Part shown: one piece after another, positions 1 to 12,922 of the stretch
Layout: every line of letters starts with the position of its first letter
Position numbering within the stretch: position 1 is the first letter of the stretch
Source: Seison nebaliae
Lineage: Eukaryota
Direction of reading: 5' to 3'
NCBI GenBank assembly: GCA_023231475.1
Contig: JALJEE010002960.1
Span: 1-61,577 of the forward strand
Length of the DNA: 61,577 bases
Translations under genes and position numbers: made by a program
The notes under the pieces: generated by a model
What the model saw: only the letters and a program-made list of their open reading frames with translations
What the model was told of the DNA's origin: nothing
The model's database searches: none

Positions 1-1
1 A

Positions 2-193
2 CCTGATTGTTCTTCAACTATGTTGGATCATGGTGTATTGGCTGTCGGATATGGATCCCAAAACGGTAAAGATTATTATATTGTGAAAAATAGTTGGGCT
101 GCATCTTGGGGAAATGAAGGATATATTCTCATGTCTCGTAACCGAGAGAACAACTGTGGAATTGCCACTTCTGCCAGTTATCCATTAGTTTAA
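2..193 (+). CDS. CTSL: Cathepsin L-like papain-family cysteine protease, C-terminal fragment (5' part outside window)
   Basis: Frame 2 reads [63 protein letters not shown], with catalytic His ([11 protein letters not shown]) and Asn (KNSW). AATAAA at 257-262. Confidence 0.93.
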   Translation, partial: PDCSSTMLDHGVLAVGYGSQNGKDYYIVKNSWAASWGNEGYILMSRNRENNCGIATSASYPLV

Positions 194-305
194 GATGGAT
201 TATTTTAAATTAAAACCCTTCTAAAATTATTATTATTTTCTTTTTCCTATTTTTCCAATAAACAAAAATTTAAATATTTTTCTTCTTGTTCTTCTTATTG
301 TGTAG

Positions 306-3299
306 GACAATGAAATTACAACCGCTTCCATTATCTACACCATTCTCTATCACCAGAAGAAATTACAAAGAGAATTCTCTTTATCTCATACTCCAAAATT
401 GGATGGTTTTACTCTCTGTGCTCCATCGTCATCATTGATAAAAGTTGTGATTGGAAATCAGACGAAATCCTCTTCCAGAACGAGTACTTATAAATTGAAG
501 AAAGAAGACACACAAAGTGACATCGCTGCCATGTCGTTCTCGACTGACGCAACGTCACAACCATTCGGTAAATTAAGAATCATTAATGGTATTAATCTGC
601 AGGAAAGATTGCCAATTTCCATCATGAGAATTATTAGTCAAATCGAATTTGAACATCTCTTCAAATACTTCTCCATGCTTCCACTAGTTTAAATTTATTT
701 CATCAAATTCCATTTTTCAATTCAATTATTCTATCAAATTATTCTATTAGAAACTTGTCGCTTATATTTACGGACGATATTCAGTGGAAATGAATCGATT
801 AACAATCGGAAATTCAGCCGTCGAATTTTTCAATAATTCCGTTTCTTATCTACCTCCAACCATCGATACTGGAGTATTGGCAGGAAAATTGAAAGATCTA
901 GTTTATTTTTCATTTTGTGAAATCATTCGTCATTCGTTTTTAGTGTACAAGTTGTTGTTTAGATAATCTTCATATTTCATCGATGTCGAACGTGAAGAAT
1001 TTGGTGCAATTGAGATATCTCTCGTTGAATTATAATCAAATTAGTCTAATTGAAGTTTGCCTTCTTGTTCAACGTGTCCATCATCCCATTCACAATTTTA
1101 TAGGGAACGGAAACATTAAAGAATTTGAAAGAATTATATATTTGTGGAAATAAATTGACAATTCTCGATAATTTGGGAAAACTTTCCTCTCTTATCAAAT
1201 TATCAGTTTTTAACAATAAAATCTCCCAAATTACTGGTTAGTTAATTAAAAACAATTCAATTGAATTCAAATAATTCAATTGTCCTTTTAAGACAGTTGT
1301 TTCCTACCCGAAACGATCCACTCTCTAGTACATATTGATTTGTGTAAAAACCGTTTGAACACCATCATAACACTCGCCGAAATGAGACAATTGGAAACGA
1401 TCGATTTATCGTTCAATCATTTGGAGAATCGTCGAGAGATATTCTTATTAAAAGTTTCTTTCAAAAATTCGCTTTTCTAATTCTCTCAGAAATTAACATA
1501 TTTGACTATGTTGAATATTGACGGGAATCATTTCAAGAATTTAATGAAAATGGAGAATAATGATAATTCTATCGATCTCTATATCATTTATCATTTGAAA
1601 AATCTCAAATTTTTCAACGGACAATTTATAGTCAACTTTTTTTTTCTCGAACAATAATTTACAAATCTTTATCATTTTCAGGATGCTAAAGAAACGAATT
1701 ATGCGAAAGATAAATATTCAGGGAAATTGACACCTGATCTGATTATCGAGAAATTACACAATCATTGTCATGATGGTTTACCTGGCTCATGTCGTCAACG
1801 AATTGTGGGAAGTGCTAAAGTTTGTTCTGGAACTCATTTGCAGAAACCGGTTGCAACTCAAATGGAAGCACAAATCAATTATACTCTCCAATCATTAATT
1901 CCCGATTTCAGTTATCTAAGATTTCTAGTAATTCCATCATCAGCTATCACTTCTGTCAATCTTGCCGGTAATTCGACGGTAGCACGACTCATATTTCCCA
2001 ATTTGATATCGATCAACTTGGAAGATAATTTATTAACATCATTCAGTGGACTCGTCTGTTTCTCTCATATCCACATCCTCCAACTAAATTCAAATAAAAT
2101 TGAATCGATTCGATCCTCGGATTTCCCCTCTATCAATTTCCGTCAAAAGAGTTCCTTTTTCTGTTGTAAATTTTTTTAAATTTTTTTTAGCGCCAAGACG
2201 ATCATCATCATCATTATCGATGTTACGTGGTCGTTATCCGATGGTGGATGATAAAAGTTCGTCAAATGGAAAAGATAATGGTGAATTGACTTCAAACCAA
2301 TCTCTAATGGAACAATTACAAATCCTTCATTTATGGTTAGCTAAAATGTTTTCTTCTATAATTTTTACCATCAATTTTCAGTGATAACAATATCAGTACA
2401 TTGAAAGGATTAGAATTAAATGAATTCGTTAATGTAAGAGCATTATATCTCGCCAATAATGCTCTCACTCAAATCGAAACTCATTTAATGAATATGAGAA
2501 ATTTATGTGAATTAGTTCTGGATAATAATCGAATTAAACAATTCACTTTACAATGTCTCAATTCATTTGCATCGATGACATCACTTCAAATCCTGTCATT
2601 AGAAGATAATCGTCTCAAAGATAAACTGGAACCGTTTTTCAAATGTTTGGGAATTTCGTGTAAGAATTTACGATCATTAAATTTGGCCTCTAACAAAATC
2701 GTCAATTTTTCCGAATTAAACGGTTTGGAAAAGATCGAATCGTTAAAAGAATTGATACTAATTCATAATCCACTTCATAAGAAACCGAATTATCGATTCG
2801 CTGTCGTCTCAAACAATATTAATTTGACAATATTAGATTCGATTCCAATAACGAAAGATGAATTAAATAAATATCGAGAATTATATTCTCAATCTGTAGA
2901 GAATGTTCCTCCTTTACTTCTTCTAATAATTTTATAAAATTTCTCTTTTTTCAGCAACTAGAATCATCTGATGATCAATTGACGAAAGGAGAATTACCCA
3001 AATTAACTTCACAATTAACGAACGAACTTCGAACGTTAACGTTGACGGCACCAACTGGAACGAATTCGATTACAGCGAAAGGCAAAGGAATTTTCACCAA
3101 CACATATCGGCACAATACGGAAAAGAATCTCAGTCAAAAGAATACGAACACCAATAATTTATTTAGTGAGAAGGTTCGAGGAAGAAATGAATTACGAGCG
3201 AAATTTCTCCAGAAAAGTTCGATTCGAACGAAATCATTCTCCGGAAGACAAAATCAACATCATCGAACGGAACCTCCATTTCGATTTTTCGACACATAA
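306..3299 (+). CDS. LRRC9: Leucine-rich repeat protein 9-like, 3' half, spliced (about 9 introns in window)
   Basis: Exons join in frame via short introns (687-750, 901-943, 1055-1103, 1237-1292, 1454-1489, 1631-1681, 2151-2190 etc.). SDS22-like LRRs. Segments LYIIYHLKNLKFFNG..AKDKYSGKLTPDLI and INLEDNLLTSFSGL match my recollection of the LRRC9 C-terminal half. Begins at an AG acceptor, not an ATG. Confidence 0.75.
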
Positions 3300-3322
3300 A
3301 ATTCAATTTTTTTCCAATAAAT

Positions 3323-5459
3323 TCATGAGATTATTCCATTCTTTATCATGAATGCTTGGATACAATAATTCTTATGAATCGTCGCGTCTTCCGTTGAATC
3401 GAAATCATTCTGACAATATTGACATTTTGATGGTAAAGTCATCACAATTTCTTTCGTCAATTTACTGGGAGTAATTTCTTTTTTTTCTACTAATTTTCCA
3501 TCTTTGTTTATCTAAAAATCGAAAAAAATGAAATATTCAACTAAATAAACTGGAACTTGATTATTCAATTTATCGATAGTTTTCTTCAAAGTTAAATTCT
3601 GTCCAGATAATAAATCTAATCTCAATTGATTCGATGAGAATTGACTCATCATATCACTCAGAATATCGACCTGTTTATCTTCCTCTTTCCGTACTGGTCC
3701 ATTCAAATCCGGATACTCTACCAATAATTTGATTCTTTCATCTTTTCGAGCGTTCGCTAATTTCAATTGACGTAATTCCAATTCCATCTCCTCAGCTCTT
3801 CTACTCGTCACTCGTACATGTTGTTCGAATTCGTTTCTAATCTGGAAAAAGGAATTTAACTTTTCTTTTCGATGAATTAAAAACTTCTTTCTTATTCGAA
3901 TTTTCCGTTTCTTTCAATTTCCTCTCATAATTTTCAATATCTTCTTGTAATTTCTTTGTAATTTTTCTATTCGAACAAAAATTTAAAAAGAAATTTTCCA
4001 TTTAAATTGTCATAACTGTTGACGACGTAAATCGCTAGTTGCCTTGTTTAATTCGTCAATTATTTGAGAATGTTTATCATTCAGAACCTGTACAAGAAGA
4101 TTAATAACAAGATCATTTGGATGAGAAACTTCTTTTTGTTTTTTAATATTTCCTGAACGAATTCTTTCTTTGTTGAGCGACAGTTCATAATTTTCCGATT
4201 TCTCCTCCAATTTTCCCAACATTTCTTTTAACTCTTTACATTTGTCTTCCTCGATTCTGAGGAGTTGCTGAAATGATTCTCTTTCTTTCGACAAATTCGT
4301 CAATTTCGTCACTTCCTCACCTAATTCACCTCAAATAAAATTGAAAATGAAAATTGGAATAACTTTGTCTTCCTACAATTCTCTCATATTCACTGTTCTT
4401 TATTCGTGATTGACTTAATTGAATTGTCAGATCTTCAATCTTTTTCTTCAAATTATCCTTCTCATGCTTCAATACTTCTTCCCATCGTTTCTTCTCACGA
4501 TTATGTGAACCTGCATTCCGTTCCAGTTTCTTCTCCAAATTATTTACGTTCAAATCCTGTTCACTGATTTTCGTCGTCAATGAATTTCTCTCTTTATTCA
4601 ACTTTTCATTCTCACAATATAATCGGATTTTTGTCGCTTCCAAATCTTGTTGACGATTTGTCATTTCGTCAAACGCGAATTTCAATTTCTTCAGATCAGC
4701 AATTTCCATCTCTAACCATTTCTTCATGTCATCACCAGTGAGCCAATCGGAATATGAGATATGATTCTGATCGATATAGTTTTGTAGTTCAGATTTCACT
4801 TTGACGTGTGTACAAACACTCATCAATTCATCTGATGTTTGAAATAAAAGTTTTTGTAATTCATAACATGAACCACATGGCAAGAGAGCACTTTCGTTCG
4901 TCTGAGATGATTTATTATGAGCGACAACATTCATCATCTTTTCTTCTTCTTTCAATTTCTTTATCATTTCCTTCTGCACTTTCTTCAATGATTTCTCTGT
5001 GTCATTCTTAATTTTCATTTGAAGTTGGAGAGATATCCAGAACTTTTGCGCTACAGCTCCAATACTGTTCCCTAATCGTTTAATATCGTCATTTTTCGAA
5101 TCGTTTGCTTGATAATCGATAGCTAATCGAATGAGAAAGATGAATCTAATTTGATTTGAAATTAATAGAAATTATCGAATAATTGAACCGGTCTAATATC
5201 AATTCTAATTTCTTATAATAAAGTGTCGTCTCATCATCTTCGTAGATCATATTATATCGACTTAATAAAGTTACTACGTTTATTTCGTTCGCCATACTCT
5301 CGGGATATTTCCATGAATCGTAACTGGAAATGGAACTAATTGAAGATTGGAAGAGAAGTCTAACGTCGGTTTAGTCACATATTCACAAATTTCTTTGTTT
5401 ATCTTCTCGATAGAAGTGATGTCATGTTCTAACGATTTGGTTGAATGCTTTGCTGACAT
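3323..5459 (-). CDS. CCDC157: Coiled-coil domain-containing protein 157-like, spliced, with C-terminal CxxC..H..C motif
   Basis: SLEHDITSIE..SWKYPESMANEINVVTLLSRY..LELILDR, SIGAVAQKFW and LLVEYPDLN..DMMSQFSSNQLRLDLL resemble CCDC157 blocks. Long coiled coil. Short GTT-AG introns. X-box upstream. Confidence 0.75.
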
Positions 5460-5570
5460 CAGATGAAAATGAAAATATATTTTTTTCGAATCGCACAAGA
5501 TGAATTCTTCCGTTTTATTCAATTTAACTAATTTCTTTTTTTATGATGCTACAATTCTCTTATCATGTCC

Positions 5571-5584
5571 GTTACCATGGAGAT
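5571..5584. promoter_or_regulatory. X-box (RFX site) upstream of CCDC157
   Basis: GTTACCATGGAGAT, about 110 bp upstream of the ATG; matches the 14-bp RFX consensus GTYNCY-AT-RGNAAC at most positions. Confidence 0.6.
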
Positions 5585-5708
5585 TAAGTAGACTGCCGAA
5601 ACTTGTAATTTTAATAAAAATAATTTTTTTATAGCAAAACAAGCAAAAAGATTATTATTAAAATTAGAAGCTATATATAATATCGCAATTATTTCCCATA
5701 ATATTCAA

Positions 5709-6401
5709 CTAGAATCCTGTTTTTTCAAAAAAAACGGTTCCCTTATTACTTCTATCGAAAGATGATTTGTAAAATTTACAAATAATCGGAAAATTCATTT
5801 CATCACATTCAGTAGTTGAGGCGTCACATTCACTGTCGAATGAACAGATGATCGCACAAAATTTCTCTTGGTAACATAGTTTTCTTCCATATAGATTATG
5901 AATGACGAAGTTATTCATAATTGAGACGATTTTCTTATGCTTCTCCATTATCATGCACGAAAAGTACATCTCACTCGTGCATCTGACCATTGCAGATAAT
6001 TTTGTGGTGCCATTACCAGTTAATGCGTGTGGTTGCATAGCAACACAATCTTCCTGCTTTGGCATTGTCGAATAGAAGAACCAATCGTCTATTATCTTTT
6101 TCGATTCTTTCCATTGGTAACCTGTTTGACTTGGTTCTGCATTCACCCAGTACATATTATCTGCAATATCATTTTCGGTAAGAAATCTTCTCATATGCAT
6201 ACCATTTTTATCGAAGATATTATCCGGTAAAATTTCTAACGGCACCGCATTTCTACTCTTGCAATAATTTGTCAGTGATGAAAATGGTCCTATTTGTTCC
6301 GAAAGAATGACAGTAATTTTTCCATCTTTCCATTCGAAAACATATTTCTCACAAACAATTAACGATAAGTTAATGAGAAAGAAATTGAAAAATAGAAACA
6401 T
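5709..6401 (-). CDS. Secreted C-type-lectin-like, Cys-rich protein (intronless ORF)
   Basis: Hydrophobic signal peptide. YC..YWVNA..YQWKES..DCVAM..C..YFSC pattern typical of the CTL fold. Cys-rich C-terminal module. Confidence 0.55.
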   Translation of the reverse strand: MFLFFNFFLINLSLIVCEKYVFEWKDGKITVILSEQIGPFSSLTNYCKSRNAVPLEILPDNIFDKNGMHMRRFLTENDIADNMYWVNAEPSQTGYQWKESKKIIDDWFFYSTMPKQEDCVAMQPHALTGNGTTKLSAMVRCTSEMYFSCMIMEKHKKIVSIMNNFVIHNLYGRKLCYQEKFCAIICSFDSECDASTTECDEMNFPIICKFYKSSFDRSNKGTVFFEKTGF

Positions 6402-6826
6402 ATCAGAATTGAATAAGTTTTTTTAAAAATGGTTTTCTTAACTAGAAATTTTACAGACAATTTTAACATTACTTCATTCGAGAATTATCGATCTCATTTC
6501 TTAATACCTCCTTTCTTTCTCGTTAGCTGACACAGTTAATTAATATTAACGAAATTTTAAAACCATCTATCAATGTCGAACCATAATTTCTAAGAATTTT
6601 TAATTATCACCAAATTAGACAGGAAAAGCAAATTGCAATTTTGATAATTTAATTACATTGAAAGAAAAGTGATAAAAATTTAAATGAAGAATCATTTCAT
6701 GAGATTAAATTGTAATAAATAATTAAATTTGCACGGAAACATAAAACTCTAAAGCGAAAGGTTCATTTGCCGAAAATCTCCGGAAATTTCTGTAGGAAAA
6801 TAGATAGGAGAAATTGTGAGTGATTC

Positions 6827-9800
6827 TCAGTTGGAATTGTCGATAGCTAATTGATCCAAGTGACATGATTGATCAGTTTGTGATCGTTTGAAATTCTTTT
6901 TCTTCCTCTTATGTCGTTGCAACTAGAAATGAAGTAATTGAGGGTAAATTTGAATAGAGGAAAAAGAGAAACTTTTGATGACATTTCTGATTCGTCTTGA
7001 GCGACACTTCTTGTTGGTACGGTTAGTTCACTGTCAGACATGGTGACGTGACGGAGTAGATGTTCGATGAAATCGTAGACATGAGGAGCCGCACCGTCAA
7101 CTTGATGTAATAATCGTTCGTTACCTTCGTATTCACCATCGGTTAAATTTCCATCCGTTTTATATCGTTTTCTCATTATCAATTTCTTCAGTTCTGCCAA
7201 TTTCTTCTTTTTCTTATTCTCTTCCAAAACTTCTTCATCATCTCCTTCATTGCCATTATCACTAATAATATTCTTTTCATCATCATCGTCATCTTCTTCT
7301 TCTTCAACTTCGTCAATTGGGGAATCGTCTGTTGGAACGAAATCTAAATAATTATCGATAAAACTGATTTTTTTCGTTTTATTTCTTCGATTCATCATTT
7401 TATTGTTTTGGTTGAGATTGGATGATGTATTGAAGTGAACAGTCGATTTTTGTGAATTATTTTGGTTATTTTCCGGCAGATTTACTGTTTCTTCGTTATC
7501 GAGAACTGATAAAGTTTCATCGTCATTTGTACTATCTGTCTCATAATTATCTACATCATCTTCAATTCGATTGATGAGAATAGTAAGATCAATGAAATTT
7601 GGTGGTTGATAAGTGGATTTGCTTTTTATTTTCTCCACTTGATTGGCTGGTAGATCTGGTACTGTCGTATGTCGATGAAAGAAGAAATTTTCAGGATTTT
7701 GTTTTTGGAAGATATCTTTGTCGAAAGATCCATATTCTTTCCATTCAGCGAATAATGAACGGAAATGTTTCTCGCCCACTTCCAAAATCTCATCAAATGA
7801 ACCGAATTGCAAAGTAGAAAAACCATCAACTGGTGCACGTAAATAATAAACGAATGGAAGACGTTTGATCAAATTCATTTGTCGTTGTGACGACACATAA
7901 GCGAGACGAGATTGAATCTCTTCCATATCTGGAACATTAATAAGAGATGTGAATGGATTCCATCGTTTCCATAGCAACCACCATCCTGACAACGAATCAC
8001 CATAACTTGTTAAATTATCGTTTAATCTGGAACTGACATCATTAGCGAATACTACACTCGCTCCCATATTATGAATGACGTCAGCTGGTAAATTGTTGAC
8101 ATAACCACCATCGAGAAGTAAATGACCATCAATCGGATCACATAATGGTGGCAAATAAGAAGCGAGAGACATACTAGCTCTTACATATCTCCAAACACTA
8201 CCTGAAGTATGAATTCTCATACAACTGGACGTGATGTCTGTTGATACACAAAAATATGGTAACCATAAATCTTCGATTTGAGTGTCACCGAAAGTCACTT
8301 CGATTTGTTCATTGAAACCAGCACCGGTGAACATTGATGTTATTGGATAAGTTAAATCGAAAATTTTATTTGTAATCGAATTCATTGATCGTGCAAATTG
8401 TCGAGCTTTATTTAAAACAATTTTTGAATTTGGTGCATGCATCGCCCATAAAGCAGATACATAACCGCCCATACTCGTCCCTCCAATCATATCTATTGGA
8501 ACATTAAAATCGATAAGTGTAGTGATGAGTGAATAATGTGCATTTCCACGTGCACCACCACCACCCAAAGCAACACCAATACCCGTCCCAGTGAGTAGTC
8601 GTGCTAAACGTGAAAAATCAGAGAGACGATCATATTCCATATTGGCAATTTTCGAATAAGTTTCTTCAATTTCCGATTCAGATTTATACGATTGTAAAAC
8701 ACGATCACTACATCGAATATGATGATGGAAACTGCACCAACTACGTGCATTCAACCAATCTACCGTTCCTAACGGTTTCGTTCGATATCGACGTTTTGGA
8801 TCACGTTCTGGTGACAACATCTCTCCTAATAATGCTTTCCTAATATTATGAATTGCATTATCAACACCTTTTTGTAAGACATCTCTTGTTCGAATTTCAA
8901 CTTCTTCATCTTTCTCTTTCCGATAAAGTAATACTAATTCTTTTTGTGCACGAAATGAACCATATTCAATTTCCGTTTCAAATTGTGTTGGAAGATGAGA
9001 TTGTCCTGAATTAGCCACAATCAATACACAATCTGCTTGTCGTAGACATCGTAAAGTCCATGGTGAGACTTTATGTTCACATTCATATATGACCATTCGA
9101 TGAAGATCTTCTTGTTGAGATAACCAAGCAGATAATCGATAATCATTCGCTGTATCAAAAATTTGTGATCCGAATCGTTCGATAATATTCGTTCTCGTTA
9201 ATCTCATTGTTAAACCAATTTGTGAGAAGGCTAAAGATAATTCAGCAGTAAATGCTTTCAATGGCACTAAAGTATTCACTGGTAATATGGCAAGAGTCGA
9301 TAAATTTGAATGGAGATTTAAATCGAATTCATTATTTTTTAATTCATAAGATTGTTTTTTATCGATGGCTGATCTAATAGTTGAATTATCTTTCGGTAAA
9401 TTATTACTATCCGAAGTAAACAGATTCATATGTGCTAAACTTTCTGAGAAATCATTTGGTCCATTCGAAATATTCGCTGTCGTTGAATTTCCACTATGGA
9501 GAGTAGCAGAGGCAGCAACTGTCGCTCCTAATAATCGTTTTCCTAATAGATTTAATAATCTTGTAATAATTCTTGGATATCTCGTACGAATAACATTAAC
9601 AATACCAGATGGTAAACATGCTAATTCCGTATCTCGAATTGCCATCAATGATGATGATCTTTCTACTCCGATGAGAACCTCAACAAATCCCACCAAATCT
9701 CCTCGTCCATATTCAGCTGCAATATTTTTATCATCCAATTCATTCTTCACCACCGATCTCAAACGACCATTAATAATAATATAAATATTTTCTGATGGAT

Positions 9801-11583
9801 CATTTTGTTTATAAAGAGCTTTTCCTGATTCCACCAATTGCCAATCAAGAGCATAATCTATTTGACGTGTAAATGAAGAAAAACGACGAATAGTCTCGTA
9901 ACATATGGGTAGAACGATATCTGGTTCTTCACACAAAATTCCATAGAAAGCCGATCGTTTTAAGATTACCATAATACTGTCACTTTTCGCCATAACCGAA
10001 AATAGAGAACCTTCTCCTGTCAATAAATTCATCGATCCAATCGATTCGCCAATTTTGAGATAATATAATAAAATCTCTTCTCCACTTTTATCATGTTGAT
10101 GAATGGCAACTTGACCACTAATCAAGAAATGTAAATCACAATCTGTATTTCCTTCCTCAATTAATTTCTCACCACATTTCAATCTTCTCAATACTAATCG
10201 ACCATTTAATGTTGAACTATTTTTCAATTGTAATTTAGTTGCAATTGTAGCTTCAATTCGATGCATTTCCGCCACGTCCTCATTCGATGGAATATCATCA
10301 TATGATTTCGGTCGTTGAATATTTGTCTTCTCAATTCGAGCACGACTCACAAACGCTTCGAAATCTTTATCTCGATTCCATTCGATCGATTGACGTCTCG
10401 GTTTGTTTTCATCTCGACTTATTTTTTTCATAATTTTTTTCGATTCAATCGCTCCTAAACTTCGTTGTCTCATCGGAAATTGTTTAGCTAATGGTGGCAA
10501 TTGAGAATCATCAGTTTTCTGATTCGATAACTTTCTCAGTTTTTTCTTTGAAACTTTCACTTTTCTATCATCGCCGATAGACGGACTACGTAATGGTGAT
10601 CGTATATTAGTCACTCGATTGGTCCGTTGTCGAATGAGTTCTCGATTCAATCCCAAATAAGTGTTTAATGCCATAAATGTAACTCGTTGTATACGAATCA
10701 TTATCATTTGAACGATTCTTACCATTGACGCAGGATATTCTTTAAAAATCTTCGCAAATTCAATTAATGGTAATTTGAGAATTGTGACGTTAGTTTGAGC
10801 AGTCGCTTTCAATTTCCGATAATGAACCGTTTTTCCACGTGCTAACGTCTCCAATATCGTCATTAATGAAAATATAGATTCTCCCGCATGTACTTTCTTT
10901 ATTAATGACATTCGATTCTTCTCTTCGATCATATACAAATTGACAATTCCTGTTTGAACAACAAAAATGGCGTCATCTTCTTGATTGGGTTCGAAGAGAC
11001 ATGAATCTTCTAATAAATTCACCGTTTCTAAATGACGAAATAATTGAGCGAATAATGGTTTGTCGAAATGACCAAATACTTTCATACTCTTCAAAACATA
11101 AACGATTTCTTTCGGTAACATTGTCTGATCACGACGTGTTTGTGGTTCAAGATCGAATGTTACTAAACTGTTTGGAATTACTTGTTTCTCTCGACGATTC
11201 GGAATATTCTTTTTGAATAATTTATCTTCGATTTTCGCACCGATTTGTATGATATTCTTCAACACATCTCTCTTTCTCTGATCTTTCCATTGTTTACTGG
11301 GCAAGACGTCGATTCTTGACCGCAATTTACGTAAAGCAACTCGAGCGAAATGGAAAATCCTCTCACGATCCTTCAAACGTCCACTGAACAAATCTACTGG
11401 ATTCTTCTTCGAATTACTCATCATCTTCCTCCGACGAAGATAAATAGAAATTAATATAATCACTAAACCAATTACGATGGTAATTGAGACGAGGAAGAAT
11501 TTGGATGATAATACAATGTCACTCTGCGTTGTAATACGAGTAAATGTCGTCAGAAGACGATCCATCATTCCAACATCTTCCAT
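6827..11583 (-). CDS. PNPLA6: Neuropathy target esterase / Swiss cheese patatin-like phospholipase
   Basis: N-terminal TM helix, three cNMP-binding domains, patatin motifs GGGGARG, GTSMG and DGG. One 4.6-kb exon plus a probable single 50-nt GTT-AG intron at 6923-6972, moving the stop to 6827. PNPLA6 vs PNPLA7 not resolvable. Confidence 0.93.
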
Positions 11584-12019
11584 TTCTTATTAAAGCTAAA
11601 AATGAAGCAAGCTAACTCTTTCAATATTATTCAATCACTCTTCATTGACAATTTTTTTCTTTCATTCTTTTTCGCGTAAAATGAAAATATTTTGGGTAAA
11701 AAAATTTCCATGACAAACTAGAAAAAATCATATTTCACTTATCATCCTTATTTTTTTGTCATTAGTAAATATTTAATCATGTTGCACAACACTTCCAGGC
11801 AACTTTTTTTTCATGAAAATTATAATTATTTTTTTATGACTTTTTATTTATAAAACTTATAATTTTGAATTGATTCCTCTGTGTGTGTCTACTATCGATA
11901 TCTAATACACTGTATTTAATACACTGTATTAGATATTGTTAATAATAAGATATAATACACATACTGTATTAAATACAGACTAAAACTTTAGTCAAATAAA
12001 ATAAATAATTTTTATTGAT

Positions 12020-12553
12020 TTAATAAGAATATTGTAATGGTGGAAGTAATTCGTTCCATTGTTTCTCTTTAGTCATATGAAATTTGATAAATTTCTTCTT
12101 CGTCGTCTTCAAAACACAATATGAACATCCAAATGAGAGAAATTCATTTCTTTTATTACAATCTACTTTGAATAGATTAATCTGTTCAAGATAGTTAGAG
12201 AAACGAAGAAGGGAAAAAAATCGAACCTTTTTGATAACTAAATTATGTCGAATTCGTCTCCAAAAATTTACCGATTTCGGCATATCCAATTTTCCATATA
12301 AAGTCAAAGGAGTGTTCAACTTTTCTTTACAAGAGAATTTGAATTGATTTTTACTGTTTCGCTTCAGATATCTCTTTCTCTTATTAACATTTACTTGACA
12401 TATTTCTCCATGTTCGTTCTGAAAAGACAATTTGATCTTTTCGGAACTTCCTGCGAAAAATTTGTGTTTTACTTCAATTTCAGCACAATAATCATTCTCA
12501 CAAGTTATTACTCTAATCAGAATGATGAGAGAAAAAATTAAAAGTTTTAACAT
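12020..12553 (-). CDS. Small secreted PLAT/LH2-like beta-sandwich protein
   Basis: Signal peptide MLKLLIFSLIILIRVITC. AGSSEKIKLSF and LKRNSKNQFKF resemble PLAT motifs. In-frame 45-nt GTT-CAG intron at 12182-12226. Confidence 0.45.
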   Translation of the reverse strand: MLKLLIFSLIILIRVITCENDYCAEIEVKHKFFAGSSEKIKLSFQNEHGEICQVNVNKRKRYLKRNSKNQFKFSCKEKLNTPLTLYGKLDMPKSVNFWRRIRHNLVIKKVRFFSLLRFSNYLEQINLFKVDCNKRNEFLSFGCSYCVLKTTKKKFIKFHMTKEKQWNELLPPLQYSY

Positions 12554-12902
12554 TTCCGAACAATTTCTCAATGGCCAACAAAGTTAAAGGAACATAGTTT
12601 TATGTTGAAATGTTTGAGATCCATCCCTTTTTTCTTGTTAAACAATTTATTTCATAATAAATAATAAACTTCTTTAAAGTCATGTTTCTAAAACTTTGAA
12701 CTGTTCCATCTTCCCAATCTTCAATTAGATGTTAAGAATAGGAACAAAGTTTCCGTTTATAGTTAGTTGTTAGTTAGTTTCCCTAATCGATAAGGAAAAA
12801 TGGTGATAAACCTTTTAAGTATGATGAATTTCGATTGAGCAACAACGAAGAGAAATTTAATATTAATTTGATAGTTAAAAAACGAGCTTTCTGAAAATTT
12901 TG

Positions 12903-12916
12903 GTTGACATAGTAAC
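12903..12916. promoter_or_regulatory. X-box (RFX site) immediately upstream of LRRC6
   Basis: GTTGACATAGTAAC, 6 nt before the ATG of a dynein assembly factor gene. Confidence 0.65.
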
Positions 12917-12922
12917 GGGAAG

